From: an uncultured Draconibacterium sp.
GTDB taxonomy: Bacteria > Bacteroidota > Bacteroidia > Bacteroidales > Prolixibacteraceae
NCBI RefSeq assembly: GCF_963677565.2
Contig: NZ_CAXXWI010000001.1
Location: 1,722,232 to 1,754,231, forward strand
Direction of reading: 5' to 3'
DNA length: 32,000 nucleotides
Both the position numbers and the translations under genes were made by a program. Position 1 is the stretch's first letter, and each line of letters begins with the position of its first letter. This document shows, piece after piece, positions 1 through 8,767 of the stretch. Below the pieces are notes generated by a model. That model did not search any database. It saw nothing but the letters and a program-made list of their open reading frames with translations, and had not been told where the DNA came from.

Positions 1-130
1 TTCTTATTCGTAAAAAACAATCATAAGTGACTAAAATCACTTCGTGTTAGAGCTACAAATCGTATGTTTTACCAATTTGTTAAACCGGATTTGGGGGCTT
101 CAAAATATTTCTAACATCGCGAAAAAAAAT

Positions 131-138
131 TAACTTTG
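131..138 (+). promoter_or_regulatory. Candidate Bacteroidota -7 box (TAACTTTG) upstream of mdh; no good -33 TTTG at the expected spacing
   Basis: TAnnTTTG match read directly at 131..138, 75 nt upstream of the mdh ATG. The nearest upstream TTTG (90..93) is too far away for the usual ~19-21 nt spacer. Confidence 0.3.
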
Positions 139-212
139 CGTGCCTTAAAACAATTTGACAGACAATTGTTTAAGATATAAACGATTTTATAATAATAAAA
201 CTCACTAGTAAA

Positions 213-1133
213 ATGAAAGTAACAGTAGTTGGAGCAGGTGCAGTCGGTGCAAGTTGTGCCGAGTATATCGCAATTAAAGATTTTGCAGACGAAATTGTAT
301 TGATTGATATCAAAGAAGGTTTTGCTGAAGGTAAAGCAATGGATTTGATGCAAACTGCTTCGTTAAACGGTTTTGACTCTACTATCGTTGGTAGCACTAA
401 CGATTACACTAAAACAGCTGGTAGCGATGTTGCAGTAATTACCAGTGGTATTCCACGTAAACCGGGAATGACTCGTGAAGAGTTGATCGGTATTAATGCA
501 GGTATTGTTAAAGACGTAGCTGAAAAATTAATTGCTGAGTCGCCAAACGTAATCATCATTGTGGTTAGTAACCCAATGGATACAATGGCTTACCTGGCTC
601 ATAAAGCTACAGGTCTTCCTAAAAACCGTATTATCGGTATGGGTGGAGCTTTGGATAGCGCACGTTTCAAATACAGACTGGCTGAGGCAATGGATTGTCC
701 ACAATCAGATATCTCTGCAATGGTAATTGGTGGCCACAGTGATACCGGTATGGTTCCGCTGATTGGTAAAGCCGTGCTTAACAGTGTTCCTGTTACCGAA
801 TTCTTAAGCGAAGAAAAACAAGCTGAGGTAGTTGAAGCGACTAAAGTTGGTGGTGCTACTCTAACAAAACTTCTGGGTACCAGCGCATGGTATGCTCCGG
901 GTGCAGCAGTGTCAGAATTGGTTCGCGCCATTGCATTGGATTCTCAAAAAATGTTCCCTTGTTCAGCATTGCTTGAAGGTGAGTATGGTTTAAGCGATAT
1001 TTCAATAGGTGTTCCTTGTGTTATTGGTAAAAACGGTATCGAAAAAATTGTTGAAATTGAATTGACAGATGCCGAAAAAGAAAAACTGACTGCAAGTGCA
1101 GAAGGTGTTTCAAAAGTGAACGCTTTACTATAA
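213..1133 (+). CDS. mdh: Malate dehydrogenase (LDH-like, NAD-dependent)
   Basis: 306 aa. N-terminal Rossmann motif VVGAGAVGA; substrate-arginine motif GIPRKPGMTREEL; catalytic-His motif IGGHSDT. Length and layout are typical of LDH-like MDH. Confidence 0.95.
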   Translation: MKVTVVGAGAVGASCAEYIAIKDFADEIVLIDIKEGFAEGKAMDLMQTASLNGFDSTIVGSTNDYTKTAGSDVAVITSGIPRKPGMTREELIGINAGIVKDVAEKLIAESPNVIIIVVSNPMDTMAYLAHKATGLPKNRIIGMGGALDSARFKYRLAEAMDCPQSDISAMVIGGHSDTGMVPLIGKAVLNSVPVTEFLSEEKQAEVVEATKVGGATLTKLLGTSAWYAPGAAVSELVRAIALDSQKMFPCSALLEGEYGLSDISIGVPCVIGKNGIEKIVEIELTDAEKEKLTASAEGVSKVNALL

Positions 1134-1160
1134 TTCGGAAGAATACAAAAAAGCATACAG

Positions 1161-1190
1161 AGGCTCGCAATTTTTGCGGGCCTTTTTTTG
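1161..1190 (+). terminator. Rho-independent terminator of mdh
   Basis: GGCTCGCAA/TTGCGGGCC stem (one mismatch) with a TTT loop, followed by T7 (1183..1189), 28 nt after the mdh stop. Confidence 0.7.
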
Positions 1191-1219
1191 TCCTAATCAT
1201 TTTATTTTAAATTTGGCAA

Positions 1220-1645
1220 ATGCGCATAAAATTACCGATTGAGATTATAGAATTAGAGTCGTCAAATTATCATGTTTTGGTTTCATCAAAAATGATTGAC
1301 GGAACAATCGATAATTGGGTTATTGATACCGGTGCATCAAAATCGGTATTCGACAAAAATCTTGCTGATTTTATTGCTTTTACCGAGGAAGGTGCAGAAG
1401 AACTTCATGCAGCCAACATGAGTGAAGAGCCTTTAAAAACATCATTGGGAATACTAAAACCACTGTTTTTTGGCAAACTGAAAGTGGAGAATATGAAAGT
1501 TGCCTTGTTCGACATGAATCAGATTAATGAGCTGTATGAGAATGTAGCTGATATTAAAATTTGCGGTCTGTTGGGAAGCGATTTTTTGCTAAGAAATAAT
1601 GCGGTTATCGATTATAAACGAAAGGTGTTAAAATTGTCGGTGTAA
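1220..1645 (+). CDS. Stand-alone retropepsin-like (clan AA) aspartic protease domain protein
   Basis: 141 aa. Hydrophobic-hydrophobic-D-T-G-A-S motif (WVIDTGASKSVFD) about 35 residues from the N-terminus. GLLGSDFL and a C-terminal AVIDY... strand fit the single-lobe retropepsin layout. No signal peptide is evident. Confidence 0.7.
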   Translation: MRIKLPIEIIELESSNYHVLVSSKMIDGTIDNWVIDTGASKSVFDKNLADFIAFTEEGAEELHAANMSEEPLKTSLGILKPLFFGKLKVENMKVALFDMNQINELYENVADIKICGLLGSDFLLRNNAVIDYKRKVLKLSV

Positions 1646-1663
1646 AAGTCTGGAACCGAAAAA

Positions 1664-2434
1664 TTAATGCTCAATCTCTTTCTCAATTAATTCAAGAATT
1701 ACATCTATATTTTTCATAAGCGGCACGTAATGAGCCTTTTCGGTTGCTTCGCTGGTAAGAATAAAAACAAGTAGTTTGTTTTCAAACTCGGTTGATTTTA
1801 ATAGGTTGAGATTACTGGTATTGTTTTTTCGTGGTTTAATTTCCAATTCGTTTTCTGTAACTCCCGAAAGATCAAAAACAGTTCTGATACTTTGCTCATT
1901 CCCCCGAAACATATCAACGATCATCTCCCGTTGATTACCCAGGTCATTCTCCTGTTTGGTAATATCTTCCAGCATCGAAATCCAGTTGGTTAAATATATT
2001 CGCAATTCCCGGTTCGAAATGTCTTTAAGGCTTCCGGAATTCATCATCTCGTTGAGAAGAGAGTTATTTGGATTAAAAGAAATGTCGTAAACCAGCGTTT
2101 TATACAGAAGTTCAGAAAACTGTTTTTCATCGGGCTGTAAATCGCTGTTGGAAATATACCTGATAATTTGGCGGGCACCTTCGTAATTTTGTGCGTTAAC
2201 ATTTATAAGTTCCTGCAACTTATTTTTACTGGCGGTAAAGTCTTCTCTCAGGCCGGCAAGGTAGGTCTGCTCTTTTTTCAGAATCGTACGTTTTACATTG
2301 TTGTTGTTAATGGCCAGCGCAATTAAAATTCCAATAACCACCAGGATGATTTCACCCAGCGCATAAAACAGGTACTTCTTTACTTTATTTTCGCCGATAA
2401 GACGAAATCTAATTGTTCGGAAAAACTTGATCAT
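1664..2434 (-). CDS. N-terminally membrane-anchored hypothetical protein, DUF6090-like
   Basis: 256 aa. The N-terminus MIKFFRTIRFRLIGENKVKKYLFYALGEIILVVIGILIALAINN matches, from my recollection, the conserved DUF6090 head (one TM helix) common in Bacteroidota. The remainder is predicted helical with no catalytic motif. Confidence 0.55.
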   Translation of the reverse strand: MIKFFRTIRFRLIGENKVKKYLFYALGEIILVVIGILIALAINNNNVKRTILKKEQTYLAGLREDFTASKNKLQELINVNAQNYEGARQIIRYISNSDLQPDEKQFSELLYKTLVYDISFNPNNSLLNEMMNSGSLKDISNRELRIYLTNWISMLEDITKQENDLGNQREMIVDMFRGNEQSIRTVFDLSGVTENELEIKPRKNNTSNLNLLKSTEFENKLLVFILTSEATEKAHYVPLMKNIDVILELIEKEIEH

Positions 2435-2485
2435 CGTTTTTTGCTGTTAACATTTATGAGCACTTTATTGTTTTCGGGTCTTGTT

Positions 2486-4000
2486 CTAATCGCTGTTTGT
2501 AACAAGCGCAATTTTTTTGCTATCGGGCGACCAGCTCGGAACATTCATTGATCCCTGTCCACCATAAATGTAGGCTAAAATGCGAGGTTCTCCACCTTCG
2601 TAAGGAATAAGCCGGATAAGGCAGTGTTTATAAAACGGATGATCGCCAGGATCTACATCTTCGGGAAACGAGATAAATACGATCCATTTTTTATCAGGGC
2701 TTACATGCGGAAACCAGTCGTTGTATTTGTCGTCGGTCAACTGAATAGGATTTTTGCCATCGGCATCCATTCTCCACAATTGCATTTTGCCACTTCTGGC
2801 CGAATTGAAAAATATGTATTTGCCATCGGGACTGTATTCCGGTCCATCGTCAAGTGTTTTTTCGTTAGTTAGCTGTGTTTCTTCTCCGGTAGCGACCTCA
2901 ACACTGTAAATGTCGTATTGTCCGTTTCGCTCGCCGGTAAAAAGCATGGTTTTTTTATCGGGTGACCAGCCATGAAAATACGATGCCCCAATTCCGGTTT
3001 TTGTAACCCGAACCGGAGTGGAATCGCCTTTGGCAGGCAGGTAGTAAATCGTAGAGCTTCCATTATTGTCGGCGCTGTGGTGCGAAATGCCCAGCATACT
3101 TCCATCGAAAGTTAAAACATGGTCGTTGTTGTTGTTTGTGGCAAAACCGGTATTCAACGGTTTTATTTCTCCGTTGGCCAGCTTATAGGTGAATAAATGG
3201 CCTTTTGAATTGTAAATCAGCTTTTCGTTATCTGGTGTCCAGTTAGGTGCCTGAATAGAGTGTGCCGAATGATGTATTGTTTTTCTTAAGCCACTTTCAA
3301 TATCCAGTATTTCAAGATTGCTCCCAATATAATCCTGGTACGGAATGTAGTCTTCCTTTTCGGGGCGGATGATTCGTACATTCCTGTAAACAGCACTTTC
3401 CATAACATCTGCATTGTGCGCACATACATAAATCCCAACATAAACTTCGTTGTCGAGCGACAGTTTTTCGAGTTGAACTACTTTGAAAGGTTCACCAAAT
3501 TTTGCGGTAGACATTATAAATGTTGAGCCTTTTCGTTCCAATTGGATTACATCCGGTGCCTGGTCTTCCGATATTACTTCCTCGGTATCTGCGCCTTTCG
3601 TTTTACGATATTGCAATGAAGTGAGCCCGTCGCCATGAACGGTTGCATTGGCATGGGGCGAGTTACTGTCGAGGTTATTCCTAACCATCCAGCCCACTTT
3701 TCGGTGCGGATCAACACCGTCGCCTAATAATTTTACTTCGGCACGTAAAATAAAGTCGCCCTGAAGCGTAGTCCACAAGTAATGAAACTGGTCATCGCCG
3801 AACCACATATTAAATCCCGAACCGCCGAGTGTGTAGGTTTGATCCGTTGGATTATATGATGCGAATCCCTGGTGTTGACAAGCTCCAATATTTGTGTGGT
3901 TATCGAAAATACCTAGTTTGTTTTGTGCCGTTGTAAAATTCATATTGATTAGTAATACACAAAGAACAGTGATTAAACGAATGAAAGCAGTTTTTATCAT
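2486..4000 (-). CDS. Secreted TolB-like PD40/WD40-like beta-propeller protein with an N-terminal jelly-roll (ConA/LamG-like) domain
   Basis: 504 aa. Signal peptide MIKTAFIRLITVLCVLLINMNFTTAQ. At least 5 PD40-type repeats (WTPDNEKLIY, WSPDKKTMLF, YSPDGKYIFF, VSPDKKWIVF, WSPDSKKIAL). The N-terminal ~200 aa are beta-rich with a W..L.GDF....V......K.G.M.R pattern. Confidence 0.75.
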   Translation of the reverse strand: MIKTAFIRLITVLCVLLINMNFTTAQNKLGIFDNHTNIGACQHQGFASYNPTDQTYTLGGSGFNMWFGDDQFHYLWTTLQGDFILRAEVKLLGDGVDPHRKVGWMVRNNLDSNSPHANATVHGDGLTSLQYRKTKGADTEEVISEDQAPDVIQLERKGSTFIMSTAKFGEPFKVVQLEKLSLDNEVYVGIYVCAHNADVMESAVYRNVRIIRPEKEDYIPYQDYIGSNLEILDIESGLRKTIHHSAHSIQAPNWTPDNEKLIYNSKGHLFTYKLANGEIKPLNTGFATNNNNDHVLTFDGSMLGISHHSADNNGSSTIYYLPAKGDSTPVRVTKTGIGASYFHGWSPDKKTMLFTGERNGQYDIYSVEVATGEETQLTNEKTLDDGPEYSPDGKYIFFNSARSGKMQLWRMDADGKNPIQLTDDKYNDWFPHVSPDKKWIVFISFPEDVDPGDHPFYKHCLIRLIPYEGGEPRILAYIYGGQGSMNVPSWSPDSKKIALVTNSD

Positions 4001-4110
4001 GACGTTTTAATTTAGTTGGTAAGCGTTGTAAGGATTGTAAAAATAAGGAGTTTTCATTCATTTCTTAGCATGTAGAACCTATTCTTGAACACATTCCTCC
4101 GAACTAATTC

Positions 4111-4536
4111 TCAACCATAATATTCTTTGAGGGTTGCCGCAACAACTTCATCACGATAAAACTCCAGCGATTCATTTCCGAACCGTTCAGCATCCCAATC
4201 AAATGTTTCAAGAAATTCGTCTCCGCCTGTCCAAACATAAACTACCGCATTTATATTCCCGGAGTTCAGTTCTATTTTAACGGGCACAATTTCGTACTCA
4301 TTTCCTTCGTAAAAAGTAAGTAAATCGATGTCTCTTGAATCGAGGTTCAATAGCACTTTCCCTTTTACATTCGAATTTTCTTTCTCAATTACTGCCGGAT
4401 AATCAGCACCTTTTACCGCAAAGCGTGCAAATCCATTCAATATAGCATTCTCCGTCTGGAGCTTTTTCTGACATAGACCCTCCGGAATTTCAGGAAAAAG
4501 CAACGATCCATAAACAAATACATTGGTCATAAACAA
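4111..4536 (-). CDS. Gamma-glutamylcyclotransferase / AIG2-like family protein
   Basis: 141 aa. N-terminal VFVYGSL motif, ...ADYPAVI..., G.V..L....I..L..YEG..Y pattern with the conserved Glu. The start could be M1 (4536) or M3 (4530). Confidence 0.7.
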   Translation of the reverse strand: MFMTNVFVYGSLLFPEIPEGLCQKKLQTENAILNGFARFAVKGADYPAVIEKENSNVKGKVLLNLDSRDIDLLTFYEGNEYEIVPVKIELNSGNINAVVYVWTGGDEFLETFDWDAERFGNESLEFYRDEVVAATLKEYYG

Positions 4537-4576
4537 TTGGTGTTAAACGAAATACTCGAAAATTCCAGGCATCGTC

Positions 4577-4607
4577 TTTGGAAACCTCAAGTATTTCGGT
4601 ATATTTG
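4577..4607 (+). promoter_or_regulatory. Candidate Bacteroidota sigma-A promoter: -33 TTTG, 19-nt spacer, -7 TATATTTG
   Basis: TTTG at 4577..4580 and TATATTTG at 4600..4607 with exactly 19 nt between them. This is the only full consensus promoter upstream of the 4720 ORF and secDF. Confidence 0.45.
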
Positions 4608-4719
4608 CTCCGCTTAAAATAATGCGTTAAAATAATTCTGGAAAGTTTACAGGCATTTTGCTTTTGAAAATTTTATATTAATTTGTTTTAATACATTAAT
4701 AAACAGGCATATTAGAGGA

Positions 4720-5121
4720 ATGAAAATAAAAATAAATAGCACAAGAAAACTGATTATCAGAATAGCTGTTTTTATGACAGTTATTACTGCGGCATTTGTT
4801 CTTGATGTTTATTTTGGAAATAATCCAGAGGAGCTGGAGAAGATTCAGGCTGAATCTCAGGAGCAGAATAATGAACAGGGAACAGTATACCTGATTACCC
4901 AAACAGCTCAGAATACTACAAAAACCTTCGAAGACAGGGTTTATTCAAAACATTTGAGGGTTCAGTTGCACGACAAATTCCTAAGAAATTATCATTCAAT
5001 TCGGAATTACCAGGTATTTAAAGCAGAGCTTGTAAAACAAACCACTCCGCTCATTTCATCTTATCACTACCTGGTTTTTCAAAACCATGTTTTCTCCCCC
5101 GACGAAGACTCCATAGGTTGA
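4720..5121 (+). CDS. Hypothetical small membrane-anchored protein
   Basis: 133 aa ORF with one N-terminal hydrophobic helix (LIIRIAVFMTVITAAFVLDVYF). No recognisable motif. Co-directional with secDF, 105 nt upstream of it. Confidence 0.5.
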   Translation: MKIKINSTRKLIIRIAVFMTVITAAFVLDVYFGNNPEELEKIQAESQEQNNEQGTVYLITQTAQNTTKTFEDRVYSKHLRVQLHDKFLRNYHSIRNYQVFKAELVKQTTPLISSYHYLVFQNHVFSPDEDSIG

Positions 5122-5226
5122 AATCAGTTCTTTTTTCGTTAAAAGAAGAACAGGCATGTTATGTCTGAAAATGTTCGAATTCAATCAATTACAAGAAATT
5201 ATATTAAACATTTAAATTAAATTCAA

Positions 5227-8223
5227 ATGCAAAACAAAGGTGCAATTTTAACATTTGCAATTCTGTTGGCGGCGGTATGTATGTACCAGCTTTCGTTTAC
5301 CTGGGTATCGAACCAGGTGAAAAAAGACGCAGTGGAATATGCACAAGGTGATGACTTGAAAGAGTTTCAATACCTTGATTCAATGAAAAGTGAAGTGGTT
5401 TACAACTTCCTTGGATTGAAAAAATTTACGTACAAAGATGTTCAGGAACTGGAAATAAACCTGGGACTTGACCTGAAAGGTGGTATGAACGTAACACTTC
5501 AGGTGGAAGTGCAAGACATTATTCGTGCGATGTCGAACTACAGCGACGATGAAACATTTAATGCTGCTTTGGCACTGGCACAGAAAAATCAGCAAAACAG
5601 TACAAAAGACTTTGTGGTACTGTTTGGTGAAGCTTTCGAGGAGATTGATCCTAATGCACGTTTGGCTTCTATTTTCAATACATTAGAACTGCGTGATCAG
5701 GTGAATTTTAATACAACCAATGACGAAGTATTGAAAATTATTGATGAGCAAACATCAGCAGCTATTGATAATGCATTTAACATTATCCGTACTCGTATCG
5801 ACCGTTTTGGTGTAGCACAGCCTAATATTCAAGACCTGCAAACAAAAGGTAGAATTTTGGTTGAACTGCCTGGTGTAAAAGATCAGAACCGTGTACGTAA
5901 CCTGTTGCAGGGAACTGCGAACCTGGAGTTCTGGGAAACCTACGAAAACCAGGAAGTTTATCAGTACATGTTGCAAGCCAACGAAAGAATTAAAGAAATG
6001 CAGGAGCTTAAATCTGGTGCAAATGTTGAAGAAGCAGAAAGCGATTCAACAGAAACAGCAGATGTAGAAGTTTCAGAAGAAAATTCATTGCTTTCAGAAT
6101 TGGAAGCCGGAGCAGCTGATGATACAACAGCATCGGTAGATAATCTGGCTGCTTTTAAAGAGCAATTCCCTCTGTTTGCTATTTTAAATCCAAGTACTGA
6201 TCAAACCGGTCAGCTTTATCCTGGCCCGGTTGTAGGTATGGCAAATGCAAAAGATACCTCACAGATAAATACTTACCTGCAAAATCCGCAAATCAAAAGT
6301 TTGTTTCCACGCGATATGAAATTTGCCTGGACAGCAAAATCAGTTGACGAGGCAGGTACTTTTTACCGCTTGATTGCTTTAAAAGTTACTACCCGCGACG
6401 GAAAAGCGCCGCTTGATGGTGGTGTTATTACAGATGCACGTCAGGATTACGACCAGTTTGGTACAAATCCGGAAGTAGCTATGCAGATGAATGCTGAAGG
6501 AGCAAAAGTGTGGCAACGTATGACCAAAGAAAACGTTGGTAAATCTATTGCCATTGTTTTGGATGATTATGTACGTTCGTTCCCAACGGTTAATGGTGAG
6601 ATTCCTGGCGGACGTTCAAGCATTACCGGTTTGGAAAGTATTGAAGAGGCGCAAGACCTTGCAAACGTGCTGAAGTCGGGTAAAATGCCGGCTCCTGCAC
6701 GTATTATCCAGGAAGATATTGTTGGTCCTTCACTGGGTCAGAAAGCGATTAACAGCGGTTTGATTTCGTTCGTAATTGCTTTTGCGCTTGTACTGGTTTA
6801 TATGTTGTTCTTCTACAGTAAAAATGCAGGTTTAGCTGCAAACATTGCTTTGATTGCCAACATGTTCTTTATTTTCGGTATCCTTGCTTCAATGGGTGCG
6901 GTACTTACACTGCCAGGTATTGCAGGTATTGTACTTACTATCGGTATGTCGGTTGATGCCAACGTACTTATCTACGAACGTGTTCAGGAAGAAATGCGCG
7001 CCGGTAAAGGTGTTAAGTTAGCCATTACTGATGGTTACAAGAATGCTTATTCAGCAATTATCGATGGCCAGGTAACAACCTTGCTAACAGGTATTGTTTT
7101 AGCCTTGTTTGGTTCTGGTCCTATCAAAGGTTTCGCAACAACCTTGATCATTGGTATTCTAACTTCGTTATTCTCTGCAATTTTCTTAACCCGTTTAATT
7201 TTCGAATGGCAACTGAAAAAAGGTGGTCGTATCCTGTTTACTTCTTCAGCAACAGAAAACTGGTTGCGAAAAACCAAAATTAAATTCCTTGAGAAAAGAA
7301 AGATGTTCTATGTGATTTCGGGTGTATTTATTCTGATTTCAATTGGTTCATTCTTTGTTCGCGGTTTAAATTACGGTATCGATTTCAAAGGTGGACGTTC
7401 GTACATTGTAAGCTTTGAAAAAGAGGTTGAAGTTGGTGAAGTTCGTGCAGCACTTGCTGATGTATTTGATGCAGCACCGGAAGTAAAAACTTCGGGTGAT
7501 GATATTAAAATTACTACCGATTATAAAATTGATGATAACAGCGAAAATATCGACAACGAAGTTGAAGCTTTATTAATGCAAGGTTTGCAGGATGCAGATC
7601 TAATTGATAAATCAGTAACGCTTGAGCAATTTACTCAGGAATATCAGCAAAGTTCACAAAAAGTTGGTCCTACCATTTCTGATGATATTCGCAAAGATGC
7701 AGCTATTGCAATCGGTTTCTCGCTTATCATTATCTTCCTTTATATCCTTGTTCGTTTCCGCGACTGGCAATATGGCTTGGGAGCCGTTGCTGCATTGGCA
7801 CACGACTCGTTAATCGTATTAGGTATCTTCTCATTATTATCAGGAGTACTGCCATTCTCGTTGGAAATCGACCAGGCATTTATTGCGGCAATCTTAACGG
7901 TGCTGGGTTACTCCATTAACGATACCGTGGTTGTATTCGACCGTATCAGGGAATACCTGGGCTTGCACCCAAAACGCGACCGTGTAGAAAATGTTGACTC
8001 CGCATTGAACAGTACATTGCGTCGTACTTTCAGTACATCATTGTCAACTTTCGTAGTATTACTTGCTATTTTCTTATTCGGTGGAGCTACCATTCGCGGC
8101 TTTACGTTTGCCTTATTGGTAGGTGTACTTGTTGGTACCTATTCTTCGCTTTTCATTGCAACACCAATTGCACACGACACGCGTAGCCGTGTTGCCAAAG
8201 TAGTTGCAAAACGTAAGAAATAG
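5227..8223 (+). CDS. secDF: Protein translocase subunit SecDF (fused SecD-SecF)
   Basis: 998 aa. Contains SecD periplasmic head motifs (LGLDLKGG, RIDRFGVAQPNIQ, ILVELPG), two six-TM RND-like bundles, and a second DFKGG motif (GIDFKGGRS) that starts the SecF half. An acidic low-complexity insert lies in the P1 head. Confidence 0.95.
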   Translation: MQNKGAILTFAILLAAVCMYQLSFTWVSNQVKKDAVEYAQGDDLKEFQYLDSMKSEVVYNFLGLKKFTYKDVQELEINLGLDLKGGMNVTLQVEVQDIIRAMSNYSDDETFNAALALAQKNQQNSTKDFVVLFGEAFEEIDPNARLASIFNTLELRDQVNFNTTNDEVLKIIDEQTSAAIDNAFNIIRTRIDRFGVAQPNIQDLQTKGRILVELPGVKDQNRVRNLLQGTANLEFWETYENQEVYQYMLQANERIKEMQELKSGANVEEAESDSTETADVEVSEENSLLSELEAGAADDTTASVDNLAAFKEQFPLFAILNPSTDQTGQLYPGPVVGMANAKDTSQINTYLQNPQIKSLFPRDMKFAWTAKSVDEAGTFYRLIALKVTTRDGKAPLDGGVITDARQDYDQFGTNPEVAMQMNAEGAKVWQRMTKENVGKSIAIVLDDYVRSFPTVNGEIPGGRSSITGLESIEEAQDLANVLKSGKMPAPARIIQEDIVGPSLGQKAINSGLISFVIAFALVLVYMLFFYSKNAGLAANIALIANMFFIFGILASMGAVLTLPGIAGIVLTIGMSVDANVLIYERVQEEMRAGKGVKLAITDGYKNAYSAIIDGQVTTLLTGIVLALFGSGPIKGFATTLIIGILTSLFSAIFLTRLIFEWQLKKGGRILFTSSATENWLRKTKIKFLEKRKMFYVISGVFILISIGSFFVRGLNYGIDFKGGRSYIVSFEKEVEVGEVRAALADVFDAAPEVKTSGDDIKITTDYKIDDNSENIDNEVEALLMQGLQDADLIDKSVTLEQFTQEYQQSSQKVGPTISDDIRKDAAIAIGFSLIIIFLYILVRFRDWQYGLGAVAALAHDSLIVLGIFSLLSGVLPFSLEIDQAFIAAILTVLGYSINDTVVVFDRIREYLGLHPKRDRVENVDSALNSTLRRTFSTSLSTFVVLLAIFLFGGATIRGFTFALLVGVLVGTYSSLFIATPIAHDTRSRVAKVVAKRKK

Positions 8224-8234
8224 ATTGAAGAAAG

Positions 8235-8260
8235 AAGTTGGAAGTCGGGAGACGGAAGAC
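8235..8260. repeat. Left arm of a 26-bp imperfect inverted repeat; contains three tandem heptamers GGRAGWC (8240..8260)
   Basis: AAGTTGGAAGTCGGGAGACGGAAGAC. Its reverse complement matches 8730..8755 at 23/26 positions, with the first 12 exact. It begins 12 nt after the secDF stop codon. Confidence 0.85.
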
Positions 8261-8270
8261 TAACGATATA

Positions 8271-8313
8271 AAAAAGGATGTCATCGCTTAACTGGGATGA
8301 CATCCTTTTTTTT
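8271..8313 (+). terminator. Rho-independent terminator of secDF (A-run/T-run flanked, potentially bidirectional)
   Basis: AAAAAGGATGTCATC-gcttaactgg-GATGACATCC followed by T8 (8306..8313). Confidence 0.75.
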
Positions 8314-8321
8314 GAGAGTCT

Positions 8322-8625
8322 GACCGAAATGAAAATACTTGAGATACCGCGCGAAATCAATCTGGATTTTCGATTTTCATTTCGCCACCGGGTTAAACGA
8401 AAAAAAACTTTCAAAATTCATTTCGCGCTGCCGCGAAGTGTAAAAAAGTTTTCCAAACACATTTCCCCGCCGTGCAAAATCAATCTGGATTATCAATTTA
8501 CATTTCCCCACAGCGTTTAACGAAAAAAAACTTTCAGTTTTCATTTTCCGCCGGCGCAAACATTAAAAAAATTTTCCGGATGTAATTTCCCGCTGCGTGA
8601 AATGAAAATTAAAACATCAACTTTA
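8322..8625. repeat. Degenerate tandem repeat array: 41-bp subunits (core CATTTCSCC) organised in a 123-bp higher-order unit
   Basis: Core CATTTC(C/G)C begins at 8378, 8419, 8460, 8501 and 8542 (exactly 41 bp apart), with a degenerate copy at ~8584. AAATCAATCTGGATT recurs at 8354 and 8477, and ACGAAAAAAAACTTTC at 8397 and 8520 (123 bp apart). Inverted copies of the core (GAAATGAAAAT) lie at 8326 and 8599. Confidence 0.85.
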
Positions 8626-8729
8626 ATTTCCGTTGGTGATTTGAGTTTAGCACTTAAGTTTTTTGTACAAATGGCAAGGGGTAATTCGTCTTTCAATTTT
8701 ATGTATTCAAGTTTCAAAAACTATCTTCC

Positions 8730-8755
8730 GTCTTCGGTCTTCTGACTTCCAACTT
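8730..8755. repeat. Right arm of the 26-bp inverted repeat
   Basis: GTCTTCGGTCTTCTGACTTCCAACTT is the reverse complement (23/26) of 8235..8260. The two arms are 469 bp apart. Confidence 0.85.
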
Positions 8756-8759
8756 TTTA

Positions 8760-8767
8760 TATATTTG
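8760..8767 (+). promoter_or_regulatory. Candidate -7 box TATATTTG for tatA; the -33 position is occupied by the inverted-repeat arm and has no TTTG
   Basis: TAnnTTTG match 20 nt upstream of the tatA ATG. Confidence 0.3.

Noticed and set aside
1-110. Possible gene fragment or terminator at the left window edge (AAGTGA-ctaaaa-TCACTT hairpin at ~25..42)
   Set aside because: All six frames contain stops within the first 110 nt. The 6-bp stem without a clear T-run is too weak to call without the upstream context.
8139-8559. Three overlapping ORFs (8139..8414 minus, 8278..8520 plus, 8377..8559 minus) in the secDF-tatA spacer
   Set aside because: Their peptides are periodic read-throughs of the 41-bp repeat (for example FSFRHRVKRKKTF / FTFPHSV). 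They overlap each other on both strands and span the secDF terminator. There are no domain-like motifs.
8322-8625. Possible CRISPR array, given the regular spacing of a repeated motif
   Set aside because: The conserved core is only ~9-16 nt and is degenerate. The 'spacers' are themselves repeated with a 123-bp period. The 41-bp unit length is too short for a repeat plus a spacer. No cas genes or leader are present in the window.
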